Shown one piece after another: positions 62,867 through 64,000 of a stretch of 64,000 bases of DNA. Numbering within the stretch: position 1 is the stretch's first letter; each line of letters starts with the position of its first letter. The translations under genes and the position numbers were made by a program. The notes below the pieces were generated by a model. That model searched no databases and was not told the origin of the DNA. It saw nothing but the letters and a program-made list of their open reading frames with translations. Origin of the DNA: Chrysomallon squamiferum (lineage: Eukaryota; Animalia; Mollusca); assembly GCA_012295275.1 (NCBI GenBank), contig CM022675.1, forward strand, positions 4,960,001 through 5,024,000, in the 5' to 3' direction.

Positions 62867-63314
62867 ATAACAGGAATATATTCTTTGGCATGTGATACCA
62901 TGATGACGTATGCCATTGCAGTGAATATGCTTATTAAAAATCAGAAAACTATGACTGGTATAAACCTTGCACACCAAATTCGAAAGGTAACATTTTTGTT
63001 TCTGTTTTGAACATGTTCATAATACTGAATATAAAAAAGTTATAAATAAAACATTTGCCAATTTTTTTATCACACATTATAGGAACTGAGAGTGTATGTA
63101 TATTTGTATACATAGTTTCTGTGTGTCTGGTTGTTAGAGTGGGAGGTGTGTGGTTTAAGATGTTTTTGAACTTATATTTCTTTGTTTTCTAGACTAAGAC
63201 AGTTGGTTTAACTGGAATAATAAAATTTGATAATTACGGAAACAGACCAGGATATATCAGGCATGTAGTATATTATATCCACATCCTTCAACATCTGATA
63301 CTTTAATATCTACC
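62867..63314 (+). pseudogene. Exons of an ANF-receptor/periplasmic-binding-protein-type ligand-binding domain (class C GPCR, iGluR or receptor guanylyl cyclase)
   Basis: 62867-62986 ITGIYSLACDTMMTYAIAVNML..GINLAHQIRK spliced in phase 0 to 63193.. TKTVGLTGIIKFDNYGNRPG, matching the YDA..YA.A..G..L..I...F.GLTG.I.FD..G.R pattern. The second exon reaches a stop before its donor. Confidence 0.65.
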
Positions 63315-64000
63315 GTAAGTAAAATACACTTAATAAACAATTCTGTATTAAAAAAAAAAGTTATTTTAAAAAATAATAAAATGTAGAACTTTCTCCTTTT
63401 TTTCACTTTATCTTGGTAAGTATTTATTACAAATTATTTTATTAATTTACTTGTGTATTCTTGGCTATAACTAGGAAAATTCTTTGCATGAACAAATTTT
63501 TTTTTATATCATAATGATTAAAATTACAGTGTCAGAGAATTAAAACACTTTTATTAGTCAAGGAGTCTACAGTTTAATGAATCCCGAGTTCAAATGAAAT
63601 GCCAATTATTCATCTGTATATTCATATTCCACCTTGAGAGAATTGTCAGAATTAAAAATAAATACCTTTTTATTTTGGAAGTGGTTTACAGTCTAAAAAT
63701 TTTCAGCCGCTTCATACATAAGCTTGACAAGAATCCACAGCAGGAGTCCAAGCACTTCCTCCATGGGACGCCCACCTTGGAGTTATGAAGTATCTCCAAC
63801 AGGGTTTCCCAATGCTAACTTTGTTAATAAGCGTTTGTGAGAAGAGTTTTACTATTTTATTTAGAATCATAATCATTCTCGAGTGATCTTGTGTCCTTTT
63901 TGAAACCTTTTTGTGAGATTTTATTGTTCATTGTTTTTGATACAGTTTTGTAGTTTGTTTTACCAACACTTGTTTATTTCTGTACATTGTGTTAATAATT

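Overview
AT-rich, microsatellite-dense animal genomic DNA, probably a mollusc (TTAGGG repeats and a tRNA-derived SINE resembling gastropod SINEs; the taxon is an inference). Most ORFs in the supplied track are microsatellite artefacts; the real genes are spliced, and I rebuilt them by hand from GT/AG sites. Left half (1-25 kb): a minus-strand tandem cluster of four related, partly decayed genes for a type I membrane receptor. Its layout is signal peptide - C-type-lectin-like domain (CTLD) with a WSC domain inserted inside it - second CTLD - Ser/Thr stalk - TM helix - ~285-aa acidic cytoplasmic tail with ~17 Tyr in repeated YxxL-x5-7-YDxx pairs. A decayed hAT/Buster transposon with an 8-bp TSD sits in an intron of copy 1. 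Copy 3 is cut off by a TTAGGG-containing satellite. Next come a TATA/Inr/CRE promoter-like site, a 6-kb ~40-bp minisatellite and a 200-N gap. Right half: a ~25-kb block bounded by ~350-420-bp inverted repeats holds decayed plus-strand exons (KASH5/LRMP-like EF-hand, RRM-like, Topors-like RING) and an RNase H-bearing LINE. After it lie a Gypsy gag-protease relic and ANF-receptor-domain exons.
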